A DNA stretch of 63,606 nt, the filler included, from Octopus bimaculoides (Eukaryota): the NCBI RefSeq assembly GCF_001194135.2. It is 5 parts of 5 records of this genome, joined end to end, with 100 filler letters (N's around TTAATTAATTAA, not from the genome) between each part and the next. Parts side by side here need not be neighbours in the genome. Positions count along the whole stretch, not along the records: positions 1 to 24,753 come from NC_068994.1; positions 24,854 to 55,905 come from NC_068999.1; 3 more parts are not named here. One strand, given 5' to 3'. The first letter of the stretch is position 1, and each line of letters begins with the position of its first letter. This document shows positions 13,448 through 26,469 of this stretch, piece by piece. The translations under genes were made by a program, and so were the position numbers. The notes under the pieces were generated by a model. The model did not search any database, was not told where the DNA came from, and saw only the letters and a program-made list of their open reading frames with translations.

Positions 13448-15439
13448 ACAATACATTTAAAGTGGAAAGGAAGAATACAAAAAACCATTTTGACTTAGTC
13501 AGACCATACACGCTAGTGATTAATTCTAAGCAGGTTTTTAACTGTCTCTGATTTTATTTGTTTTTTTTTTTTTTGTTTCATCTTATGAGACCTAGTGATT
13601 CAAAGCTTAAGAGGGCACCAGGCTTTTCCTTATAGGGAAAGGGAAAGGTATAAACAATATACATGGATGATATGGTTATAAAGATTCTTTTGGTTTTAGT
13701 GACAAACTACTATAGGTTGGGGGGTTTTCTCTACTAGCAGACCAGGTTATAATGGAGCAGGGGAAGTTTAACATAAGGCACCTAGGTTAAAAGTATATAA
13801 AATAAAGTTGCTATATATGTACAGATACAGTATATGTTTATTCATAGTTTTCATTAATCAGAATAATGTATCAGTATTGTTTTACATATGCTAAGTTTGG
13901 AAAATTTGAGATACCAATATTTGCTTAATTAATATGTGAATAAATAAAAGCTAATTATAAATTAATAAATTAATAAATTAATAATGAAATAAGAAATAAA
14001 AAGAAATAGTGTATAGTAATGTAACTAATCAATACATTCAGTATGCAAAAACCAAGTAGTATTAATTTAAAATGTTCTGATAAAGTACATTTAGACTTAT
14101 TTACACCAATATAAAGAACCATAGATAAGATGTGAAATTAATTCTTTTTTATATATATTGTACTAAAAATTATTTTAAAATTAAAATTAAACTTATATAT
14201 CTAATATCATTTAAAGGACACATAAGAGATAAAATTTATTTCATAACTAATGTAAAGAATTGATACATAGGATTTACATGGTTTATAATGATGGACTCAT
14301 CAAGGTTTAAGAAACTGATAAAATTAATGGTTGGAATTAATATAGAAAACAATGGTGAACTAAACAACTAATAGAGAACATGATAATTATGTACTAATTT
14401 AATTAGACCACACTATCTTAAATAATCAGGAACTTGTGTTAACTAACATGGGCCAAGTACAAAATAAAAAATAAAACAAGAATTAGATTTATCTAAGTCA
14501 CCCATAAAATAACAGTAATAATACTACCACAAACAATGGAACAATGGAATAACATGAATCCTTTAGGGTCAGGCATCAAATAATATTTTAAAAGATATGA
14601 AAACTATTAAAAACTACTAAGAAATTTCAAAACATCCTATTCTTTTAAGTTAAATAAAATTAAGTAAGATACACACTAAAACTAACAGCAATAGCAAAAG
14701 TGATGTGAAAAAATTTTAAGTAAAACCATATATCATCCATGAATAAAGTTGAAATTTTAGTTATCACAGGAAGATTATACATTAAGCTGAGAGATCAAAA
14801 ATATGCTATAAAAGTTCAATTTTAATTTAAATATGTACTAATTATAGCCTAAGATAAACATGGTAGATGTTAAAATACCACACTATTTCAGTTTGTTACT
14901 TTTTAAAATATTTAAAAGTGCAAAGTGGAACAGTGTACACACAATACTCTAAGGTCCAATCTGTTATTAATCAGGTTAGAATTGTTTCTAAGTTTAAAAA
15001 TTTCATATGTTTCCATGAAACATAATTCGCATCCGTATCTGCTATTTCTATAAGTTTGGGCTTTTCCTATAATTTCCCATTTAAGGCTAAAACTAGTACC
15101 ACTTTCCTTTTAATTCTCAATTTTTATTTGATAATGACGTACTATTTGCCTTATGTTTAAGTCTAAAAGATGACAAGTGATTATATATGCGCTGTTTCAA
15201 ATCAATCGTACATCCCAAGTAAATATAATTATCGGTTATAGTACTTAATTGTGCATATATATACTACGTTTCGGGTGAGACATCGGCCTAATAACGGACA
15301 ACGGGACNNNNNNNNNNATAATACCATACTTAATTCTGGTGCCTAAACTTAAGTATCATATTCACCTTGAATCTAAATTATATATATATATATATGTATG
15401 TATGTATATATATACATACACACATATGTACGTGTGTAT

Positions 15440-15657
15440 ATGTTTGTGCGTCCGTATTTGTTCCACCCACCATCGCTCGACAACCGACGCTGGTGCATTT
15501 ACGCCCTCGTAACGTAGTGGTTCGACAAAAAGGTTCGATACAATAAGTACTACGCTTACAACGAATAAGTTCTGGGATCAATTTTCTCGACTAAAAGAAG
15601 TGCTCCAGCATGGCCGCAGTCAAATGACTGAAACAAGTAAAGGAATAAAAGAATATA
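15440..15657 (+). mobile_element. SINE family B, 3' half
   Basis: Ends GCTCCAGCATGGCCGCAGTCAAATGACTGAAACAAGTAAAGGAATAAAAGAATA. Confidence 0.9.
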
Positions 15658-16327
15658 TTTATATATATGTATATATATATATATATATATNNNNNNNNNN
15701 NNNNNNNNNNNNNNNNNNNNNNNNNNNNNNNNNNNNNNNNNNNNNNNNNNNNNNNNNNNNNNNNNNNNNNNNNNNNNNNNNNNNNNNNNNNNNNNNNNNN
15801 NNNNNNNNNNNNNNNNNNNNNNNNNNNNNNNNNNNNNNNNNNNNNNNNNNNNNNNNNNNNNNNNNNNNNNNNNNNNNNNNNNNNNNNNNNNNNNNNNNNN
15901 NNNNNNNNNNNNNNNNNNNNNNNNNNNNNNNNNNNNNNNNNNNNNNNNNNNNNNNNNNNNNNNNNNNNNNNNNNNNNNNNNNNNNNNNNNNNNNNNNNNN
16001 NNNNNNNNNNNNNNNNNNNNNNNNNNNNNNNNNNNNNNNNNNNNNNNNNNNNNNNNNNNNNNNNNNNNNNNNNNNNNNNNNNNNNNNNNNNNNNNNNNNN
16101 NNNNNNNNNNNNNNNNNNNNNNNNNNNNNNNNNNNNNNNNNNNNNNNNNNNNNNNNNNNNNNNNNNNNNNNNNNNNNNNNNNNNNNNNNNNNNNNNNNNN
16201 NNNNNNNNNNNNNNNNNNNNNNNNNNNNNNNNNNNNNNNNNNNNNNNNNNNNNNNNNNNNNNNNNNNNNNNNNNNNNNNNNNNNNNNNNNNNNNNNNNNN
16301 NNNNNNNNNNNNNNNNNNNNNNNNNNN

Positions 16328-16543
16328 TTGTGTGTCTGTGTTTGTCCCGCCAACATCGCTTGACAACTGATGTTGGTGTGTTTACGTCCCCGTAACTTAG
16401 CGGTTCGGCAAAAGTGCCCGATAGAATAAGTACTAGGCTTACAAAGAATAAGTCTTGGGGTCTATTTGCTCGACTAAAGGCGGTGCTCCAGCATGGCCGC
16501 AGTCAAATGACTGAAACAACTAAAAGAGTAAAAGAGTAAAAGA
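16328..16543 (+). mobile_element. SINE family B, 3' half (5' half probably in the gap)
   Basis: Well-preserved copy ending CAGCATGGCCGCAGTCAAATGACTGAAAC(AACTAAAAGAG)n. Confidence 0.92.
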
Positions 16544-18379
16544 GATTTCAAATTAAATGATCAGAAAATGGAGAAAACTTTAGATCAACAAACAAAGCAA
16601 TTGGACCACATCTGTAGCTTATTATTTGATTCAAAACATGACATAACATAACATTTATGTGACATATTAATTCTTACGGCCGTTTCCGCTTCCGATGTCA
16701 GTCAGTGCCTACGAAAGCATTGCGAAAATAATATTCTTCATCTTCATAGAATATTCGAACCAGAACATGGAGATTCATGAGAGTGAATACAAAAGCGTCC
16801 AAAAACATAAACAAAATGAAGAGGGAATAAGAAGAAAACATGGCCTAGAGAAGAAGCTTAGAGGTCTAATATATTAAAAGCATACTATCTTCCATATCAT
16901 AGGGCTTCGAAGTCAGTAGGCAATATATATATATATATATATATTCAGTAGGGCGTGTAATACAACTTGCTAAAATCAGAGCCAAGGCACCTAGACCACC
17001 ATAAACTCACAATAAAGATACACACGGGTAATGCAATAGCATATTAGAAATAGGCTTACCGTTGGTTTGAATACAGCAGTAAGTAATGTATATTGCAATA
17101 CCAATTGATTTCTTCCTCTGTATGACCAACATACTCTGAGATCTTCAGTTGAAAATAACAATTTTAACATCTATTTCTAAAATATTCTACCAAGTGGCAT
17201 TATATACCCTAGTGAATCTAAAGTTGCCTTATATTGTGTCTATAATGGTGTGAACTTAGTGGCCACATTATTATTACCTTATTAATACCCTTAATAACGG
17301 TAATAATACATCTTTATTTAAAATTTATTCTTGCTCGCGATAGTTTTCTTTTAAACGGAGCGGGACGTTTAAAGTAAGGAACGCACACAAGCTAATGCGA
17401 AACAAAGACGTACCACGTAGCAGTGTGACCTCAACGGACAACGCCGGTCGGCAGACAGATGCCAGAAGGTTGCTTCTGGTGGCTACTAGGGCAGAAGCCC
17501 GAACTACAATAGGCTTGTCCCACAGAGAACGTTTTCGGTTATTTGGGGATATTCCCTGGTAATCACCAGAACAATTGTTGTCGTTTAGTTAGAGTCCAAG
17601 TCATATCTGAAAGGACTGACCTATCATCAGAGCGTTTAAGCATTGAAAATTTCATATTATTTTGTATCTGGTTCTACACTGCTTGCACCATTTTTACAAG
17701 GCAGTAGAGTGCGATATGAGACAATTTGATTGCCTTTTTAGTAGGTCCAGTAAATTGTATAGGAACCCACTCACATGTTGACTTGACTTGATGAGTGTTG
17801 CCTTGATAGCATATATTAATTGTATGATGATTATATTTACCGAGTGGTCATGACAAGAGCACCTTTAAAAATTTGCTTTCTGAAATTTTGTTGTATGTTT
17901 AAGCTGCGTTACGACATACATATATGCGAGAGGTAATATCTATCCCCACTTAATCGTGGATGTTCTGACGGAACAAACTGTACTGAGGTATATACCATGA
18001 AAGAAACTCTCATATTGGCTGTTGGAGCTACATGCATCTCCAGCACTGAGACTACCAGAACACGTGATTTCGACCTTCCTAGGACTCGTCAATCATGGAC
18101 TCATCTCCCTGCCTGCGATATATAGAATTTACAATATCAGGACAGGCGTTGGTGTCACGATTAGCCAATATATTTCAGCATACACGTCCATGCATACATG
18201 ATGGCTGCAACTCAATATTGAGTAATGCCATTGCTTAATTTTTGTCTTAGACATAAGCAGTACGGATGCGGCTTTTCATTGTTGCTAGGAACCAATAAAT
18301 TTCCTTTGTTCAAAACGTAGTGTGGCTCCCTTCATTATTTCTATTGAGTCAAATTTAAAAAAAAAATGAAAATTAAGTG

Positions 18380-19387
18380 AGTTATCAGTTGTTCTCTGCA
18401 ACCCACACATCGAGGGGTTACAGTCTGGGGAGCTAGGAGGCCAGATGTTAGGAGTAATGTGGTCGTGGAAATTGTCTGACAGCCATGACTGGGTTCTCTT
18501 GCTTGTGTGGCATGGTGCAGAGTACTGTTGCCAGACATAAGGTCTTCCAGCAGCTACCCTCTTGACCCAGGGCAACACTACCTCCTCCAGGTACTTGATG
18601 TAGATCTCCGTACTGGAAGATGAATGGAGACATAACGTCGCCATCACTAGTGATCACTCTAAACACGCCGAACACCAGTTTGATTGTAGTGATTATAGTG
18701 ATGTTTGATTTTTATCACTCTCGGTACATATTTTGGGGACACGGCAAACCAACGGTTGTCCAGTGTGATCCTGGCAGAAATTTTTCTTGTCTGAGAAAAA
18801 CCAAAGTATATTCGGTTGGAGGGGATGCTTGAGGTTTTTCAAAAGCTTCGTTGCACAATCTTTCCTCTTGTCCTTGATGGCTTGGGATAAAAATTTTCCA
18901 TTTCTCATCTTGTATGAGGAATACCGAATGTCTTCATGCACTACCTACTTGATAAGAAACTCAGGCACTCCGCTGTCCCAGGCGATGGACCTAATTGACT
19001 TGGGGGGATCGTTGTCAATCATGGCCTGGATCTTACCAACAAATTCAGGAGTTCCTCTTTTATCAGAACGATCAGAGTGTGTTTTTCGAATTGCTGTACC
19101 TTCGTAATTACCATTAGAATCATCCAACTCTTACTGAATCCTCTGCACCGTCCTCAGATTGACGCCCAAACACTCTGAAATGTTCGTATTGGAACTTCCG
19201 GTGCGAATACTAAGTAGTACAGCAATTCGTTTCCAAATTTCTAGCAGAGTAAATTGAGTCATGGTGTTGTTTTTATCACAGACGGTGCCGAACTCATAGC
19301 TGGTGCCCTACCATACTTGGAATCGACAAAATCAAAAACAAACCATGCGCATGCTCGAAATTAAATATATGAAATGGCGACAATTTA

Positions 19388-19390
<3 letters not shown>
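18380..19390 (-). mobile_element. Tc1/mariner-superfamily DD37D (maT-like) transposon remnant
   Basis: Transposase from ATG 19262 (MTQFTLLEIWKR) through HTH region, WFFSDKKNF, YVWQQYSAPCH and WPPSSPDCNP. Spacing of 37 residues between the second and third catalytic positions. Frameshifts and stops. Confidence 0.85.
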
Positions 19391-19425
<35 letters not shown>

Positions 19426-19429
19426 TTGC

Positions 19430-19540
19430 GCGTGTCTTTGCTTATGTGTTTGTCTTTAACACCGCTTGACAACACGCGTTGATTTGTTGATGTCCCCGTA
19501 ACTTAGCGTTTAGGCGAAAGGGTTCGACAGAATAAGTGCC
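19430..19540 (+). mobile_element. SINE family B fragment
   Basis: CCGCTTGACAAC...CCCCGTAACTTAGCG...AGAATAAGT. Confidence 0.75.
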
Positions 19541-19965
19541 TAGATATACTACCCAAAGCTTGGCTTCCACCTATAAAATGGCAGCGGATTTAATCCTTGC
19601 CGCCTGTATAGACAATATCCTGTACATGTTGGCTATATAGCTTCAATTGTAATGCATCACCATCGAAAAGGCAGCTACTGCAATATGTTCATACTCCATC
19701 GACCGACGACTGAACTACTGACTTGGGGCAACAGTCCCCTCTCCCCACTATTGGAAGTCAAGTTCATATGAGTATGTTACATAAACACACACGCGCACAC
19801 ACACATACACACACTCACAGACGCACACACACATGCATGCACAAACACACACACGCTCTCTCTCTNNNNNNNNNNNNNNNNNNNNNNNNNNNNNNNNNNN
19901 NNNNNNNNNNNNNNNNNNNNNNNNNNNNNNNNNNNNNNNNNNNNNNNNNNNNNNNNNNNNNNNNN

Positions 19966-20518
19966 GCCTCCTTACTTCTTTCCACAAGGCGTTAGAGTTA
20001 ACTCTGCCGCCTACTTTGAGGTCGTAGAAATAATTGTTAAACCCTGGATAGAGAGTGTAAGTAATGGAAGGTCATGAGTGTTACAGTAAGACTCTCTACT
20101 ATCACACATGGCGCTAGTAACACGGGAATGGATGGTTGAAAATGTTCATGATCACATAACCCCTAACATTTGGCCTCCTAATTCCCCAGATCTCAATCCA
20201 TTAGACTATTACATGTGGAGCGTTGCTGAGACAGAGATCAATGAACACACCCATAACACCAAAGATGCTTTGAAAGCTGCCATAGTCAGAATAATGTCCA
20301 AAATGAACCAGGATCACTTGATTCGAGTATGTAGTTGATTTAGATTTCATATAGAAGCAGTTGTTGAAGCTGAAGGTGGCTTTATTGAATAACATTACAG
20401 AAAAGGTTTATCTTTATCCTAAGAACATTTTTTGATAAATAAAGTTATTATCTATTACTATATAGCTGTTTTTTTTTTTACAAACATAAATCTGTCCTCA
20501 AATATCTTACACACCCTG
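19966..20518 (+). mobile_element. DD37D transposon, 3' half with right TIR
   Basis: FPQGVRVNSAAYFEVVEIIVKPWI...Q*DSLLSH...WPPNSPDLNPLDYY (D-37-D counted). Ends ...ACACACCCTG. Confidence 0.85.
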
Positions 20519-21458
20519 TGTGTATATATATGTATATATATATATATACACATATATATCTTTTACTTTTTTACTTGTTTCAGTCATTTGACTGCGGTCA
20601 TACTGGAGCACCNNNNNNNNNNNNNNNNNNNNNNNNNNNNNNNNNNNNNNNNNNNNNNNNNNNNNNNNNNNNNNNNNNNNNNNNNNNNNNNNNNNNNNNN
20701 NNNNNNNNNNNNNNNNNNNNNNNNNNNNNNNNNNNNNNNNNNNNNNNNNNNNNNNNNNNNNNNNNNNNNNNNNNNNNNNNNNNNNNNNNNNNNNNNNNNN
20801 NNNNNNNNNNNNNNNNNNNNNNNNNNNNNNNNNNNNNNNNNNNNNNNNNNNNNNNNNNNNNNNNNNNNNNNNNNNNNNNNNNNNNNNNNNNNNNNNNNNN
20901 NNNNNNNNNNNNNNNNNNNNNNNNNNNNNNNNNNNNNNNNNNNNNNNNNNNNNNNNNNNNNNNNNNNNNNNNNNNNNNNNNNNNNNNNNNNNNNNNNNNN
21001 NNNNNNNNNNNNNNNNNNNNNNNNNNNNNNNNNNNNNNNNNNNNNNNNNNNNNNNNNNNNNNNNNNNNNNNNNNNNNNNNNNNNNNNNNNNNNNNNNNNN
21101 NNNNNNNNNNNNNNNNNNNNNNNNNNNNNNNNNNNNNNNNNNNNNNNNNNNNNNNNNNNNNNNNNNNNNNNNNNNNNNNNNNNNNNNNNNNNNNNNNNNN
21201 NNNNNNNNNNNNNNNNNNNNNNNNNNNNNNNNNNNNNNNNNNNNNNNNNNNNNNNNNNNNNNNNNNNNNNNNNNNNNNNNNNNNNNNNNNNNNNNNNNNN
21301 NNNNNNNNNNNNNNNNNNNNNNNNNNNNNNNNNNNNNNNNNNNNNNNNNNNNNNNNNNNNNNNNNNNNNNNNNNNNNNNNNNNNNNNNNNNNNNNNNNNN
21401 NNNNNNNNNNNNNNNNNNNNNNNNNNNNNNNNNNNNNNNNNNNNNNNNNNNNNNNNNA

Positions 21459-21640
21459 AGCGTTCAAGGACCCTTACCTGCCTTTTGTATAGAGTCCATG
21501 TTTCACATGAGTAGAGGAGCGATGGCAGTACACATGCACGGTACACAGCAACTTTTGTTTGCCTTGCGATGCCATGCTGGGACCAGACACGAGACTGAAG
21601 AGACCGGAAGGAATTAGTTGCTCTCTGCAACCTGAAAGAT
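21459..21640 (-). mobile_element. RTE (BovB-like) LINE ORF2 fragment, frame intact
   Basis: SFRLQRATNSFRSLQSRVWSQHGIARQTKVAVYRACVLPSLLYSCETWTLYKRQVRVLER. Same family as 44730-44890. Confidence 0.88.
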
Positions 21641-21734
21641 ACACGCACGCATGCACGCACGCACGCACGCACACACAAGCACACACACACACACACACAC
21701 ACATACACACATACATACATACATACATATATAT

Positions 21735-21848
21735 CAGTCTCCGACCACTTTGGTCGGCCCGAAACTATGGTATAAGACACTTGCCCAAGATGTCACGCAG
21801 TGGGACTGAAGCCGGAACCATGTGGCTGGTAAGCAAGCTACTTACCAC
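21735..21848 (-). mobile_element. SINE family B, 5' half (tRNA-like head plus CORE-like segment)
   Basis: Reverse complement reads TGGTAAGTAGCTTGCTTACCAGCCACATGGTTCCGGCTTCAGTCCCACTGCGTGACATCTTGGGCAAGTGTCTT. A matching 3' end lies at 20560-20612. Confidence 0.85.
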
Positions 21849-22619
21849 ATATATATATGAAAAATGTGGTGTTGACACTGTCTATTGAAGGTGGCTAGAG
21901 GTGGTTCTCCTTGAGCAGATGGATATAGATTAAAATAATAAATGAGAACGCAAAACATTTGAAATCACCTGAAAACAAGGCATTTAATTTAGATTGAAAA
22001 TATAAAAGTATTTTTACATCTGTTTCTAAAATAGCCAAGCATGTGGATCAAGATATTGAGTAAGGAGAGAGAGAAGTCAGATAAATGTCAAAACGAAGAA
22101 TAATCCGCAATCGAGAATATTAGTACATTTCAGTTTGTCAAAAATGAAAGAAGGATTAGAGTAAAATAGATATGCATTACGCAGTTCCATGAACATATGC
22201 GCAATGCATATTTATTTTACTCTGATCCTTTCTTCAATTTTGACAAACTGGAATGTATTAATAACATTCTCGATTGCAGATATTTCTTCATTTTGACATT
22301 TATCTAACTCTCCCTCTCTGATGGCGGTATACTCAGATTATGGAATCCTAATTCAATATCATGATCCACATGTTTGGCTATTCTAGAAACAGCGTTAAGA
22401 GTCTCTATATGTCTATATTTTCTATCTAAATTAAATGTTTTTTTCGAGTGGTGGTAAATATTTTGCTTTTTCATTTGTTAATTTAATCTCTCCCCCTCCC
22501 TCTCTCCCTCTTTCTCTGTCTGTCTGTCTGTTTGTCTATGTAAGTATGTATGTATGTATGTATGTATGTATCTATCTATCTATCTATCTACAGAGAAATA
22601 CACATACATGCGTGTAAGT

Positions 22620-22660
<41 letters not shown>

Positions 22661-23339
22661 ATTGTAAGTTTGTATCTCTCTCTCTCTTTCCCCTTATATG
22701 TGTGTGTTTGTATTTGTATGTGTGTGTGTGTGTGTGTGTGTGTTTGTGTGTGTACGTGTGTGTTTAAGTCAACGGATTAGTACAGTGTACTATGTACCAT
22801 CATGTAACAGTTCAGGTTCAGAATGACCATGCTACTTTCTGAGAAAATTTGAGAAATAACAAGCAAAACATGAGAAAAGCTTGGAGATAAATAGAGATAA
22901 GATTTGTGCTCATTTATCTCATCAGAAAGTGATTAATGGTAATGGTTTTATAATGGATGGTGTTGTTACTCCGATGGGGAAAGACTAAAGTTTGTAAGAA
23001 TGCGTTCCGTGAGAGGGTGGTGTTCTCCAGTTCAAAAGCAGAAACTCACCAAAATGCTAACATCTCGTGAATATCTCTGATCTCGAGTTTCGTAAACAGG
23101 TGGAGTTCTTAGATATGTCTTCATTCAGCTTATATAACGCCCGCACGAACTTGACCCATAAATGTATGGCATAAGTTGTCCTATGATACTATAGTTGATG
23201 ATGTGCCGAATATTTTTGAGCTTCAGGACCTAGATGTGTTTAGCTAGCTTAGTGCTTTTGTTCTCATCTTCATGTCGTGGTTGGCGTATCTTTTTTTTTT
23301 AAATCACTTTCCCAAAGTCCACACACATACACACACAGA

Positions 23340-24020
23340 AGATTGCAAAGATAAAGCACTGTACAAGGACTTGAGAATGAATGAAACTGAAAATAGGTGG
23401 ATAAAGAAAGAATGCATAGACAATTTCATAGGAAGGTTGAAGATAAGACAGACAGAGAAAAAAATGGCTATGGATGACTAAAAGTGATTTAAAACCGGAC
23501 ACGGAGGCCCTAATCTGTGATGCCCAAGAGCAGGCATTAAGAACGAGTTACATCAAATACAGAATAGAGAACACATGAGAAAGTAATAAGTGCAGAATTT
23601 GTGGACAAAATGGTGAAACCGTATGGCATATTACCAGACAATGTCTGCCACTAGCCCAGAAAGAAGATAATATTGTAAGGATTGTCCATTGGACACTTTC
23701 CAACAAGTATGCAAGTATGGACTTGACAAAGCAAAAACGTGGTACGAACATAAACCCGAAGGCATCATCGAAAATGATTATACAAAGATCCTTTGGGATT
23801 TTATGATTCAGTGCGTCCATGAGATAGAGAATAGGAAGCCAGACATGGTGCTAATTGAGAAAGAAAGTAAACGATTCTGGATCATAGATATAACATGCCC
23901 AGCTGACAACAAGGTATGCAATAAGGAAGAAAGAAAAGTCGATAAATATAACAGGTTATCGTGGGAGGTAAAGCTGTTGTGGTCGCTGAAAAAGGTGGTA
24001 GTAGTACCAAAAATTGGTAA
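23340..24020 (+). mobile_element. R4/Dong-type (RLE) non-LTR element, C-terminal remnant 1
   Basis: DLKPDTEALICDAQEQALRT, zinc knuckle CRICGQNGETVWHITRQC, RLE motif RKPDMVLIEKESKRFWIIDITCP. One stop and frameshifts. Confidence 0.85.
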
Positions 24021-24753
24021 CCATTAACAGAAGGGTTTATCATAGCAGCCCAAGATCAATGCCTACCTACAAGGAACTACCAGGCCAACATATTAAAGAA
24101 CAGCAGCTTCCCAACATGTCGTGTATGCCAACAACAAAATGAAACCATTGATCATGTTGTCCCCAAGTGCAGTCTTCTTGCGCCAACAGATTATCTCAAC
24201 AGGCATGGTAGAGCTCCACAATATATTTACTGGGTAACTTGCAAAAGCCTGGACTTGCCCCATGAAAAAAACTGGTGGGAACACAAACCACCCCCAGTAC
24301 TTGAAAATGATCACATTGCACTCCTCTGGAACTTTACCCTTCAAACTGACAGAATGATAGATGCAAATAGGCCAGACATCATATTGAAAGACTTCAGACA
24401 AAAATCATGGCTCCTCATTGATATGACTGTCCCAATCGATATAAACGTATCTGTCAAGACCTACCAAAAACTGAGCAAGTATAAATATCTTGAAATAGAA
24501 ATTAGCAAAATGTGGAACCTGAAGACTAAAACAATACCTGTTGTTATAGGTTCCCTGAGAATGATATCAAAAGGGGCTGATTGCTACCTAGTTCAGATAC
24601 CAGGAAACCCCAAAATGGCAGAAATTCAAAAGATAGTGCTCATGGGAACTCCCCATACCCTACGCAAAATACTTTCTATGTAACCTCAAGTTTTAAAACA
24701 AACACAATTTTCTTATGGTTTCTTAAACATTCTCAAGAACATGGCATCCTAGG
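24021..24753 (+). mobile_element. R4/Dong-type (RLE) non-LTR element, 5'-truncated copy 2; about 220 codons open
   Basis: TEGFIIAAQDQCLPTRNY, CRVCQQQNETIDHVVPKC, NRPDIILKD...LIDMTVP, K..KY, stop at 24681-24683, then 3' UTR up to the gap. Confidence 0.9.
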
Positions 24754-24853
24754 NNNNNNNNNNNNNNNNNNNNNNNNNNNNNNNNNNNNNNNNNNNNTTA
24801 ATTAATTAANNNNNNNNNNNNNNNNNNNNNNNNNNNNNNNNNNNNNNNNNNNN
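24754..24853. other. Artificial scaffold-join spacer (44N + TTAATTAATTAA + 44N)
   Basis: Exactly 100 bp. The 12-mer gives stops in all six frames. The same construct recurs four times. Confidence 0.95.
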
Positions 24854-26469
24854 TATATATATATAGGTGTACATATATATGTGTGTGTGCGTATAGATAT
24901 AGGGATATATCTGTACGTAGGTATGTATATGTATGGAACTGACATAATTGTATATTCGTATATATGAATGCAAACATACACACCCATGTGTATATAAATT
25001 CGTTAGAGGGGTTTTTTGTTTACTTATTCTTTAGAATTTCTTTTTCTGTTTTTCGTTATTCAGAAACATGAACTACCTACTTATTTTCGCAATAAAAAAT
25101 CTATTTACGACAGACAGACACTAGTTCCGACTACTATTAAACAGGAGATATTTTAATAAGAAATGTGAAGTAATGGTTCGTTTTGCTACGAGTTTTCAAT
25201 ATTTGCTGGGTTTCTTCTTTTATATTTCCATGCAATTATGTTTCTTTTTCATATGATCGTTTCTTGTTTTGGGTCTATTCTTTGAATATAAAATATATAA
25301 TTGTAATTAGAAAAATAACATTAAACAAGTTAGTATTTTGGGAGTTCGCTTTTTGCTGAAAATTCTTCCTTCAATTGCGTTTGACTATTTTTGTATATAA
25401 CCTTGATATACAGCAATAACTGTCATAAAGTAAATCATATCACAGCTTATCCAACAAACTTTTAACGAAAAGTGTTCCAGAAATGATGACCTTATTTTTC
25501 GATATGAGAAATCATTGTGAATGCAGTACTATATTATTCACTGTCATCCTACGTTAATATAGTATTAATGCACTTTATATAGTAGGTTGCTATAATTTCT
25601 AGGTGGTAGAGTCATTAATCTATTCTTCATTAAATTTCGGTTCACGAGTGCCAGATATTTCAATCTGTGAAATGGAGAAAGCTTTAATAATTGAAAATAA
25701 AACTGTAAATTCATTTCATTTTAATGATTCTTTTACTGGGGAACATGAGATGTTGTGAACCATGTTTTTTTTTTATTTTTTTTTTTTTTACCATTTATTG
25801 ACAATCTCTAGAGAAACGAGTAAGTAACGATGTATTGCAGAATAGGAGACTAAATAAATTGCATTAAATATTTTGCCAACCCCGCTTCACCTAATTTCTA
25901 TTTCAGAATTCGAATCTTGACCCGAATTTTCATACATTTTCTGGCCACTTGAAACAATCGTACTCACACACATTTTCACATACACTGTAATTGTATTATA
26001 GAGTAAGTCTATTACTTAGAGTAGCATACGTTTCAGCTAGACCGGTGTATTCTAGAAATAGAATACAGTGGACAGAAGAATCAAATAGAAATAAGAAGCC
26101 TATACAACTGCTTGACCTGAGTGTATCATGGGCCTCTATACTGTTTGAGTATATATGTATGTACACACACATATACATATGTATGTATGTGTATATATAT
26201 ATATATGTATATATGTGTGTATATATATATATGTGTGTGCCTGTATGTATGTATGCGTGTGTATGTGTAAAAAAGGCTTCTCGGAAGAGAACAATTGGAA
26301 CTGAATCAACAGTGAAATGTATTTTGTGCGATCGTCTTGTGTTGTCAAAAGCAGGATAGTGAATCACATGAAGTCACATGAAAATTAAAATGTCCATGTA
26401 GGTAACAATCTTGAACTCCAACCATTCCTTACAAATTGTGTCATATGTCACAAAACGTGTATGACAATA

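Noticed and set aside
13660-13671. YMDD motif as evidence of a reverse transcriptase
   Set aside because: No neighbouring RT motifs (QG or PFG) at the expected spacing and stops on both sides. It is kept only as a note within the CpG-free block.
14270-15000. Reading the CpG-free block as one ORF with TAA/TAG as Gln (ciliate code)
   Set aside because: Reassigning stops opens almost any frame, and I recognise no domain in the result.
15262-15290. CCCGAAACGTAG on the minus strand as a hammerhead half
   Set aside because: The upstream core reads CCGATGTC rather than CUGANGA and there is no stem II partner.
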